From: the human T2T-CHM13v2.0 reference genome, Homo sapiens
NCBI RefSeq assembly: GCF_009914755.1
Contig: NC_060929.1
Length of the DNA stretch: 64,000 nt
Direction: 5' to 3' (one strand)
Part shown: in pieces, positions 17,228 to 35,198 of the stretch
Layout of the letters: each line of letters opens with the position of its first letter
Numbering within the stretch: position 1 is the first letter of the stretch
Notes under the pieces: model-generated
What the model was told of the DNA's origin: nothing
What the model saw: the letters and a program-made list of their open reading frames with translations, nothing else
The model's database searches: none
Translations under genes and position numbers: made by a program

Positions 17228-18247
17228 GGGGTGGAGCCAAGATGGCCAAATAGGAAAAGCTCCAGTCTACAGCTCCCAGTGTGAGCGACACAGAAGACGG
17301 GTGATTTCTGCATTTCCAACTGAGGTACCAGGTTCATCTCAGTGGGGAGTGCCAGACAGTGGGTGTAGGACAGTGGGTGCAGCACACCGTGCATGAGCCG
17401 AAGCAGGGCGAGGCATTGCCACACCCGGGAAGCGCAAGGGTCAGGGAATTCCCTTTCCTAGTCAAAGAAAGGGGTGACAGATGGCACCTGGAAAATCAGG
17501 TCACTCCCACCCTAATACTGCGCTTTTCCAATGGGCTTAACAAACGGCACACCAGGAGATTATATCCTGCACATGGCTAGGAGGGTCCTACACCCACAGA
17601 GCCTCGCTCATTGCTAGCACAGCAGTCCGAGATCAAACTGCAAGGCAGCAGCGCAGCTGGGGGAGGCGCCCGCCATTGCCCAGGCTTGAGTAGGTAAACA
17701 AAGCGGCCGGGAAGCTCGAACTGGGTGGAGCCCACCACAGCTCAAGGAGGCCTGCCTGCCTCTGTAGGCTCCACCTCTGGGGGCAGGGCACAAACAAAAG
17801 GCAGCAGTAACCTCTGCAGACTTAAATGTCCCTGTCTCACAGCTTTGAAGAGAGTAGTGGTTCTCCCAGCATGCAGCTTGAGATCTGAGAACGGGCAAAC
17901 CACCTCCTCAAGTGGGTCCCTGACCCCCGAGTAGCCTAAATGGGAGGCACCCCCCAGTAGGGGCGGACTGACACCTCACACGGCCGGGTACTCCTCTGAG
18001 ACAAAACTTCCAGAGGAACGATCAGGCAGCAGCATTTGTGGTTCACCAATACCCGCTGTTCTGCAGCCACTGCTGCTGATACCCAGGCAAACGGGGTCTG
18101 GAGTGGACCTCCAGCAAACTCCAACAGACCTGCAGCTGAGAGTCCTGACTGTTAGAAGGAAAACTAACAAACAGAAAGGACATCCACACCAAAACCCCAT
18201 CTATACGTCACCATCATCAAAGACCAAAAGTAGATAAAACCACAAAG
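17228..18247. promoter_or_regulatory. L1 5'UTR with sense promoter and antisense promoter region
   Basis: Complete L1PA 5'UTR. Promoter roles are established for the family; activity of this copy is unknown and many CpGs have decayed. Confidence 0.7.
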
Positions 18248-19261
18248 ATGGGGAAAAAACAGAGCAGAAAAAATGGAAACTCTAAAAATCAGAGCGCCTC
18301 TCCTCCTCCAAAGGAATGCAGCTCCTCACCAGCAACGGAACAAAGCTGGATGGAGAATGAATTTGATGAGTTGAGAGAAGAAGGCTTCAGAAGATCAAAC
18401 TACTCCGAGCTAAAGGAGGAAGTTTGAACCAATGGTGAAGTTAAAAACCTTGAAAAAAAATTAGATGAATGGCTAACTAGAATAACCAATGCAGAGAAGT
18501 CCTTAAAGGACCTGATGGAGCTGAAAACCACAGCACAAGAACTATGTGATGAAAGTACAAGCCTCAGTAGCCTATGCAATCAACTGGAAGAAAGGCTATC
18601 AGTGATGGAAGATGAAATGAATGAAATGAAGTGAGAAGAGAAGTTTAGAGAAAAAAGAATAAAAAGAAACGAACAAAGCCTCCATCAAATATGGGACTAT
18701 GTGAAAAGACCAAATCTACGTCTGATTGGTGTACCTGAAAGTGATGGGGAGAATGGAAGCAAGTTGGAAAACACTCTGCAGGATATTATCCAGGAGAACT
18801 TCCCCAATCTAGCAAAGCAGGCCAACATTTAAATTCAGGAAATACAGAGAATGCTACAAAGATACTCCTCGAGAAGAGCAACTCCAAGACACACAATTGT
18901 CAGATTCACCAAAGTTGAAATGAAGGAAAAAGTGTTAAGGGCAGCCAGAGAGAAAGGTCGGCTTACCCACAAAGGGAAGCCGATAAGACTAACAGCTGAT
19001 CTCTCAGCAGAAACTCTACAAGCCAGAAGAGGGTGGGGCCCGATATTGGACATTCTTAAAGAAAAGAATTTTCAACCCAGACTTTCATATCCAGCCAAAC
19101 TAAGCTTCATAAGTAAAGGAGAAATAAAATACTTTACAGACAAGCAAATGCTGAGATATTTTGTCACCACCAGGCCTGCCCTAAAAGAGCTCCTAAAGGA
19201 AGCACTAAACATGGAAAGGAACAACTGGTACCAGCCACTGCAAAAACATGCCAAATTGTAA
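18248..19261 (+). pseudogene. L1 ORF1p, disrupted
   Basis: atggggaaaaaacagagcaga start; premature stops such as TGA at ~18425; C-terminal frame ...RYSSRRATPRH...YPAKLSF...QKHAKL*. Confidence 0.93.
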
Positions 19262-19324
19262 AGACCATCAAGGCTAGGAAGAAGCTGCATCAACTAACAA
19301 GCAAAATAACCAGCTAACATTATA

Positions 19325-23147
<3,823 letters not shown>

Positions 23148-23384
23148 ACAATGAGAACACATGGACACAGGAAGGGGACCATCACACCCTGGGGACTGTT
23201 GTGGGGTGGGGGGAGGGGGAGGGATAGCATTAGGAGATATACCTAATGCTAAATGACGAGTTAATGGGTGTAGCACACCAACATGGCACATGTATACATA
23301 TGTAACAAATCTGCACGTTGTGCACATGTATCCTAAAACTTAAAAGTATAATAATAATAAAATTTTTAAAAAATTTTAAAAAAA

Positions 23385-23472
23385 CAGGACAAGAATGGAG
23401 CTCATGTTAAGTGTTCTCATCACAAATTTTAAAAAAAGAAACAAAAAATAAAGTGGCACATGGAAAAAAAAA
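23385..23472 (+). other. L1 3' transduction with second poly(A) tail
   Basis: ~80 bp that is neither L1PA nor RPS3A, between the L1 A-rich tail and the right TSD; AATAAA at 23447-23452, then 11 nt, then an A-run from 23464. Confidence 0.85.
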
Positions 23473-23596
23473 AGAAAATGGATCCACCACTTTCTTCTTG
23501 GCTTCCTTTTTGCTGCCTTTGTAAGGCACCTGTTCTTGCCAACCATCATGGTGCTGCTCAGACAGCCAAAAGGGTGGAAATGCCAACAAGTCTTTT

Positions 23597-24460
23597 ATGG
23601 TAAAAGTCAGGGCCCTGATAGAAAAAGAGAGACTCTGAGACTTGATTTAGGGATATTTGGATGCACGAATCTGAGATGCAAGCTCTCATGCTTCTCTGAA
23701 TTCTCTCCCCTTGCAGACCAGAGCAGATGCCCCTTGCCTGGGAACCCTGCTAAAGCCTCACCTGATTTGTACTCTTCAAGATGACCTTGCCTCTTTTTAT
23801 TGTCTTCAGACCAATAACGAAGATTATGTCTCAGCACAGTCTGAACAGAGAAACACAGCTCCCTGCTCCAAGAGTAAATATCTAACATACCAAAGACATT
23901 GCTGGGCTTGGTTAATGTGTCCCAGTAGCAACCAAGGATCACAATGGGGGTGTAGATCTTAAAGGAATAAGATTGTGTGTGTGGATGGGGGGTGGCAAGT
24001 GTGTATTACTGGCAAGAGTAGAATATAAATAAGATGGGATAGAGTGCAATTTATTGATATAGGAGCCCTCTCTCATGACTTGAAGTTTAACATCAGGGAA
24101 CAGACACCTAGAACCTGTCCTAATAGACGGCTAGAATAGCTCCTTAAAGTTTCTGCTAACAATGGCCCAAAAGAAATGAGGTGAAAACGCTGATATTGCC
24201 TCAGCATAGTATTCATGAAGGGTTCAGAAAGTTCAGATATGTGGGAATGTTAGAGTGGATTTATACAAAACCATAGGAGCCACCACTGTGCTATATTCCT
24301 CAGGAAGGTGGAGAGAATATTCCTGTCAGTAGAGTAGCAAGGGTACAGGTGAGGGAGGCACTGACATCTTTGAGAAGTCTGATGATGGCCATCCTTGATA
24401 GGGACCAGGGTTGATAGCAGGAGATGCTGTCATGGAAATAGGCTCCCCATGGGAATCATA
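23597..24460 (+). mobile_element. Ancient ERVL internal (gag) remnant, right part
   Basis: aaagtcagggccctgatagaaaaagag...gagacttg...gatatttgga (KVRALIGKEWDPETW-like); ggaatgttagagtggatttat; caggagatgctgtcatggaaataggctccc. Confidence 0.7.
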
Positions 24461-24732
24461 CAAACATACTTGAAAATATAATTAGGAACAAGTGACAGTT
24501 AAAGTCCCTGCTCACAAGACATGAAGAAAACAGGAGACTCCTGGAGAATTATCTTTCAACACTTGCCTGAAAAACCAAAACCAAGCAAATAAAAAACACC
24601 TTTGTGATAAACCTATTTTTGTTTTAAACACTCAACAGAGATCCTTCTGTAGATCTTTTATGGAGATGAAGATTTGACTTTGGTGGTTGTAAATCATCAC
24701 TATGTTGGGGTTGCTAACTCAGGAGTTTATCC

Positions 24733-25492
<760 letters not shown>

Positions 25493-25959
25493 TACCATGA
25501 GGCAAATATGTAAGAATGAAAATTACTTTGAACAGGAAGAAGACATGATTACCTTCAGGAGTCGGTTGACCTCTTTTCTGCAGGTGCACAGTTGGAACCT
25601 GGAGAGAACGAAGAATACTAGTGGTGGAGTTGAACAATAACAACAACAACAACACCTCATAACCAGTAAGGTAATGGTCTCATCTAACAAATCCCTCTCC
25701 CAACACATGAGCATGAAGTGCTCCGGCTGGGCGGGGAGGGGTTTGCTGCTGTGTGTAGCTGCCTTCCTGGCCTCTTGTCCTCACCAGCTCCCTGTTCCCC
25801 ATCATCCTTCCTATGCAGTCTCAATTCAACAAATATTTACTGACGCCCCATGCTGCCTGCTGTCCTGCTGAGGCGGGAGGAAACCTGTTTCAAGAGGAGC
25901 CCTAGTACAGTTCCTGCCCCCTGGCACCAGCTCTTGTTGAAGAGATATTTACACAAGCA

Positions 25960-26130
25960 TACGGAGAGCACTGAACTCGGAGTCTGGTGATCCAGATTCG
26001 TGTCCCAGCTCAGCCACTCACAAGCCTGGGGCCCACAGAGAAATTCTATCTCCTGCCCACACCTCAGTTTTCTCCTTTCTAAAGCAAAGATAATAATCCC
26101 CAGCTCACACATGTGGGAGAGGATTCACGA
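25960..26130 (+). mobile_element. MIR SINE
   Basis: gagagcactgaactcggagtc...cccagctcagccactca...cctcagttttctcctttctaaa. Confidence 0.7.
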
Positions 26131-26702
26131 GAACGGAAAGACATCGTAGGAGCTGGAAAGGACTCCCAAGGGACAGGGGTGGGTGCCACCAAGACCAGGC
26201 ACTAAGATGGCCAGAGGACATTAACTCCTGGCTCTTCAAGGGGGAGGGAGTGTGGATGCTCACTCAGGGTGTGGAACCACAGAGTTGGAGGGAACCTAAA
26301 ATAAGCCTTCCTCCACAGGGAAGAGGGAGACCCAGGCCTGGTGGGCCCTGGCTGCTCCTGCTGGAATTAGACTTTCATGGACTTGGTATTTGACCCAGCC
26401 TGAGCGATGTTTCCTTTGAAGCTCTTGTTGGAAGCTTCCACAAGTAGCACAGCCCATTCCCTGCCACCCACCAACTGCAACCACAGACTTAGCTCAATGT
26501 GGAATGTCAGAGAGACACAAATATGGCCTTTTGCCTCAGGCTGTTCCCACCTGGGGTGTAACTGCAGGAGCCTGAGGCTTCCTGGGATTTCAGTTGCTTC
26601 CCAGAGCTCAAAAATAGTTACCCATGGATCAAAATCAGCATGTGAACAGAGCATCAATCTACTTCAAAACCAAAGCATCTATCTACTTCCAAACTAGATT
26701 TG

Positions 26703-27053
26703 GGCCAGCTATAGTGGCTCACACCTGTAATCTCAGCACTTTGGGAGGCTGAGGTGGGAGGACTGCTTGAGGCCAGGAGTTCAAGACCAGCCTGGGCGAC
26801 ATGGTGAGACTGTCTCTACAAGAAATTAAAAAATTAGCTGGGCATGGTGGTGCACAACTGTAGTCTTAGCTACTTGGGAGGTTGAGGTTGCAGTGAGCTA
26901 AGATTGTGCTACTGCACTCCAGCCTGAGCAACAGAGCAAGATCCTGTCAAAAAAAAAAAAAAAAAAAAGAAAGAAAAAGAAAAAAGAAAAGAAAAGAAAA
27001 GAAAAAGAAAAATGATTAAAAAAAAAAAAAAAAAGAAACAAAAAAACCAAAAC
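26703..27053 (+). mobile_element. AluJ-like element with right-arm deletion and ~105-bp A-rich tail
   Basis: gggaggttgaggttgcagtgagc junction lacks ~30 bp; tail 26949-27053 is an A/GAAAA mix. Confidence 0.92.
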
Positions 27054-29199
27054 AGATCCGGTTTCCAGGGCTCTAATCTTGGAGAGACTAGGCTGGAAAA
27101 AAGCTGTAGTCTCATCTATGACCTGAGGGACGACTCTACTGATAGGAAGGGGATGGGTTGTGTAGAACCTGGATAACAGGGACCAGGAAGCAAGACAAGG
27201 CCAGCTTTATCCAGGGCCATGCTAGGGAGGGAGAACCTCATTTGAGAGTGGGCATTCTGGGTGTCACAGGCTCCTCCAAGCCCGGATGAGACCCCTCAGG
27301 TTGGTCCTGAGTTGATGAAATCCCCTTGCTTCCTTCCCTCTCCATGTTGGAAAATGCACACTCGTCCCTTGGATTCGCTACTTTTGGCCACATGAGCAGC
27401 TTCATCTGGTTCTTCCTGACCCAGAAACTCCACACCTTGTGGGTGTCTTGTGGCAGGGTGCCCGGCCCCTCTCCAGGACACTCTGCTGAGGTTCCACACT
27501 CATCAAACAGCTTCCAGTAATTCAGTCAGCCTCAGTACCCCACTCCCCAGCTGGAGAGGAGATCCCCTCCTTGGAGGAACAGTTTGCTGACACCCTAAGT
27601 GACGCAATTATTCCCAGGAAGGGTTTGGAGAGGCAGCATTTGACAAGACGTGGGGCTTAGAAACCCAGCTGGGGCAGAAAACTCTGAGCCCCAGCGGATC
27701 TGCTCAGGTCTGTGACTGGAGTCACACTATAGCAGAAGCAGATCGTGACCCCCTCCCCAGACCCTGGTGGACCCTGAAAGGATTTGGGGAAGACCAAATT
27801 TCCTGTACATACCGTTTGTATGGAGAACAGTCCTCTGGCAGTCACAGTTACAGGGACTCAGTCCTAGGTTTTTATCCACTCAGACGGGGGACCTACAAGA
27901 GGGTGCCCTTTGCCCTCTAGCACAAAGATGCCTTCGGGCTCACAGCAGCCCCCCTGAGACCTGACCTGGGTGCAGACCTCTCCACTGGCAGCACCAGATC
28001 TTTCTTCAGCTCTGTGAGGTGCTTTTTTTTGCAGTTTCTAACATAGCCGTGGCAGCTAAGCAGACACTTGTCTTAAAATCCTCATTGCAGCTCCTCTTGG
28101 GTCCCACTGAGAGCCCTTTGGCAAAGCTCGAGAGCTTGCCCACACTATCAGTGTTCAGCCAGGCCCTGCCCTGTGTATAAACAGGAAATCTTAAAGTTCC
28201 AATGTGCACCTTCTTCAAGCAATAAAGACTCTTAACAAGCTCCACAGTAAAAGACACTGACCCAGAAAAGCAAACTTCCACAGAGGGGAGGCTGCGTTAA
28301 TGGAGTCGACCAGTCATTAGTGGCAACCCCATGACTTTAAAGATTTGCACAGATGACCTGGACGGGAAGAATAAAAGCAGGCTTTTCAAAGAGCTGCAGA
28401 GTGTGGAAATTCAGGAAGTGTAGCCCACAAGTAGGACATGCCAAGTAATTATTAAGAAGGGAACAAAAGTGAAAAGAAAGAATCACAGGAAAACTCTAGA
28501 AGGAATTGAAAGAAACTAAGTTTTGAAAGAAAAAGTGAGTGAAAGAAAAGAAAAACAAATAACAAAAGAAAAATGTGTTCATCTGTCATAGGGGAGAATG
28601 ATCTTCCTGCGGATCAGAAGCCAACCGGGTTATTGTTAGTAGGTGATTTCCCAGGGATGGCACCCAGCAAACAGCTGCAGGGTGAAGGTAAACAGGACGC
28701 TGGGGAGAACGGGAGGATGATACAATTTCATAGGAAGTGCTGTTATTCCTATGTAATATTTACATAAAAATCTCATTTAGGTTCACTGCCTTATTTTCTT
28801 GAAAAAGGATGGCAAATTTTCAGCCTCTTCCCGTGAAAGAAATCATACAATGCCCCCTTTAAAATGTCACATATGTCACATTTGAAAATTAACCACAAAA
28901 AAAGAAAAAATAATGCCCATATAGAAAAAATACCTTTCTGATTTTGAAACAAGGAGTTCCATTCTCTCTAATGCCAGGCATTTTTTTAATCTGATAATAA
29001 ATTAGAGACCTTGGGAAGAATATTCACTTTTTTAGGCCACAATAAAAATAGCTACAATAACAACAGTGGTTACTTTTATTTATTCATACATTTTGGAGAG
29101 AGAGAGGGCTAATTCCAAAAAAATAACACGGGGAAGAATTCTTATAAGGCATTTACCATAAACAATATTCTCTTTTCTTTACCACCCCCCCGCCAACCC

Positions 29200-29430
29200 T
29201 GACTCAAGACTATTCTCAATGGTTTATGTATATTAACTGTTTTAATCCCAACACTAATTGCATAAGGTAGCTATGATTATCATTTCCTCTTTACAGATGT
29301 GGAAAAACACAGCACAGAGAGGCTGAGCAACTTGCTCAAGATACACAACTAGTAAGTGGTGAGGCTCAGATTTGAACCCAGCTAATCTGGTGCCACGGTC
29401 CGAGTTTTTCAACAGTAAACTATGCTGCTA
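29200..29430 (-). mobile_element. MIR SINE
   Basis: tttacagatgtggaaa...cacagagaggctgagcaacttgctcaag...gatttgaacccag. Confidence 0.85.
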
Positions 29431-29716
29431 GTAAGAACACCCCAAACCACACAGAAGAAATTGTGTCTAAAAGTAGAGTGTTGACTTTACATGAATATTT
29501 GTGTTAAGTATTAGGTCACAAGCTAGGCTGTAACATGGGTTCCCACTTAAAGTTACTTTCATAGGGTCCCAAATATTTTATCATAAAGCCAAAAGAGTCA
29601 ATCTTTCCAAGTTTTGTTTTCCCTAAAGTTATCTTCCTTCTAGAGGTGAGAGGGATCCCCAGTGTATACTTCCTTCTAGGAAGAAGAGAGTCACTGCTAT
29701 CACTGCTATGTGTCAC

Positions 29717-30024
29717 TTTTTTTTTTTTTTTTTTTTTTTTTGAGACAGGGTCTTGCTCTGTCACCCTAGCTGAAGTGCAGTGGTGTGAACATGGCTCTGT
29801 GCAGCTTTGATCTACTGGGCTCAAAGGATCCTCCTGCCCCAGCCTCCTGTATAGCTGAGACACAGGCGAGTGCCTCCTTGCGTGTCTAGTTTTTGGCTTT
29901 GTTTTTTGTAGAAACAGGGTCTCCCTACATTGCCAGGCTTGTCTCAAACTCCTAGGCTCAAACAGTCCCCCCACCTCAGCTTCCCAAGTGCTGAGATTAC
30001 AGGCATGAGCCACCGCACCTGGTT
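29717..30024 (-). mobile_element. AluJ-like element
   Basis: Reverse dimer; TSD atgtgtcacttt. Confidence 0.93.
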
Positions 30025-30091
30025 AATGTGTCACTTTGAAATCAGCTGTTTCTGCAAGAACTGTGAAAGAGTCATCATAAAAGACTAAATT

Positions 30092-30401
<310 letters not shown>

Positions 30402-30414
30402 AAGACTAAATTAG

Positions 30415-30721
<307 letters not shown>

Positions 30722-31201
30722 AAGACTAAATTAGAGTTTGGGGAAGAAAAAAAACCCCTAAATTATAAAATCACAAATCCCGGGCAATAAGTTAAATCCT
30801 TCCAATCCTCCCCTTCTTACTTTGGTTTTGAAATATTTCTTTCATTTGTATCAAAAAGCACTCTCCAGACCAAAGGCTGTCACTGCCAGTGAGTCAGGTA
30901 TATTCCTAACCCTGTTTTGTGGGACTCTTCAGTGCCTTCTGTCTCCGAGGAGACCCCATCCCATCCCAGGGCCCATCTGGAAACACATGTCTCAAGTGAG
31001 CCAGATTTAAAATAGGTTTAAGTGTGAACATTTTCACCTCTTAACTTTAAACCATGCAATGAGATAGAAAACAGTATGTTTGTAAGTTCTCCATCACATG
31101 AGAAACAAACTTTGATGACCACCCAGCCAACAGGGTTTTAGAAAAGCAGAAGTTGTAGTTTTGAAAACATTAAGATGCTTATTTTAAGAATCAGAAATCT
31201 A

Positions 31202-31501
31202 GGCCGGGCACGGTGGCTCACGCCTGTAATCCCAGCACTTTGGGAGGTCAAGGTGGGTGGATGACCTGAGGTCAGGAGTTCAAGACCAGCCTGGCCAACA
31301 TGCTGAAACCCAGTCTCTACTAAAAATACAAAAATTAGCCAGGTGTGGTGGCAGATGCCTGTAGTCCCAGCTGCTCAGGAGGCTAAGGCAGGAGAGTCAC
31401 TTGAACCCAGGAGGCAGAGGGTGCAGTAAGCTGAGATTGCACCACTGTACTCCAGCCCTGGTGACAGAGCAAGACTCTGTCTCAAAAAAAAAAAAAAAAA
31501 A
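31202..31501 (+). mobile_element. AluSx-like element
   Basis: Alu dimer; TSD aagaat(c/a)agaaatct. Confidence 0.95.
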
Positions 31502-31960
31502 TTTAAGAATAAGAAATCTTACTTTATGCATTAAATAATCACTGGTCACAAAATAAAATTCAGAGTTATTATTTCCCTAAGTCCTATAACTATAACCTAA
31601 GTTCTCTAGATGGTAGTTTTGACATGTGTGGATGTCTTTATCAGTTCTGCAAATCTCTCAAACATCTGCAAAGCAGTTTTAATGGAATGTGATTGTGTGT
31701 TGAAAAGCAGTGTATAACTTCTCCAGAAATTTTGTCCTAATGCTCTTAGTCTCAGGCCTTCTCTGCAAGACCCTTTGTAATCCTTTAGTGGAAATGAATT
31801 TCTATTGGTGGTTACTTTCATTTTTTTCAAACCATACAGATGCTAATAAGGATTTGCTGCTTGCTTATTTAAAGAACATGATTAAGCCATTTTAAAGTAT
31901 CTTTGTGGGCCAGGCACCAGGTGTTTTGTTTTGTTTTGTTTTTGTTTTTTTCATACACTT

Positions 31961-31993
31961 GGGCGGGGGGGGGGGGGGGGGATGGGGGTGGGG
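31961..31993 (+). repeat. Poly-G tract with G-quadruplex potential
   Basis: GGG-C-G17-AT-G5-T-G4, with the G17 run at 31965-31981. Confidence 0.85.
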
Positions 31994-32176
31994 AATGGCT
32001 AATTCCAAGGAAACAACATGGTTAGCAGTGTCATAACACATATTTGCAAACAGCATTTTTCTGAATGTTGTTTATTATGTAAACTAAAGGACCTTTGTTC
32101 TGCAGTAAAATAGAGCAGATAAGTAAATCACTGTAGAAAATCAATTTCTAAATGGTTTCTTAAAAATAAAGTTTTA

Positions 32177-32650
<474 letters not shown>

Positions 32651-32821
32651 AAAATAAAGTTTTAGTCAATTTATGTTTTATATTTTAATTGTAGAAAATG
32701 TTAAAAATATAAGAAAACATTAAAATTACTCATAACCTCACCTCCCAGAAAAAGAATTAACATTGTGTTTCACTTTTGTCCCATATATACATGCATTTTT
32801 AAAATCTGTTTTGTGCCCTGA

Positions 32822-33332
<511 letters not shown>

Positions 33333-33643
33333 ATGAACTTTAGCTTGGACTCAATCTGGACCATGCTCCCATGCCCTGGTCCCCAATATTCTTTGTGAAG
33401 AAGGATAACAGAAACATGGCAGCTGCATTCTAATATTGGAAGGGTGATTATGGAGCAGAAGGGGCACAGAGGCTCTTTGAAGCTCTAGGGGACAAAACTA
33501 GGTTGGGTGGAAAGTAGAATAGCTTACTTCAGAAGCAGAGAGTTCTCTGCCCTTGGCAATATTCACTTGTGGGGATGGCTGTGGGATCGAGCATGGAAAG
33601 CAGAGATAGTCAGTGACAGTGTCCTTGTCAGAAGGTTCTGTGA

Positions 33644-34015
<372 letters not shown>

Positions 34016-34534
34016 TGAACATTCTGCCTCCACATCAACAATCTTGATCATGGCTGTAGCCACGGGGCCCAGGACGGGGCCTGGCACATTGCAGGCACTC
34101 AGTAAATGTTTGTTGCAATGAATGAATGAACCAACCTGGCTGCAGTGGCTGCTCCTTTGCTCTCCACTTTTAGAGACTATGGACCAGCAGACATGCTGGA
34201 CTTTGACCAGGGCCTGGTGGGAAGTGCTGAGAACTGCTGGCTTCTTATTTCACAGAATTATCCATTTTCTGTTGTTTCTTGGGAGGGCCCTTGGTCTTAG
34301 CTTTCACACAGTGGTATGTAGAATGAACTGGGAGACAGCCAATTTAGGCTTTTTCATCTACCAAACAAACCAAATCCATAACATTTGATTTGATGGATGG
34401 AATCCCCGGTGGATGATTTCACTCAGCCCTTTAAACAATGGAATGAGACCACTGGCCTCCTGCAGACTTTCTCTTGATGGGGGGTGAGGGAGGAGTGGTG
34501 GTCTGGAATGGGGAGATAAGTGGTAAAGGATGGA

Positions 34535-35198
<664 letters not shown>

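Noticed and set aside
27905-27995. CTCF-like motifs (tgccctctagca; ccactggcagca)
   Set aside because: Only partial matches to the CTCF core.
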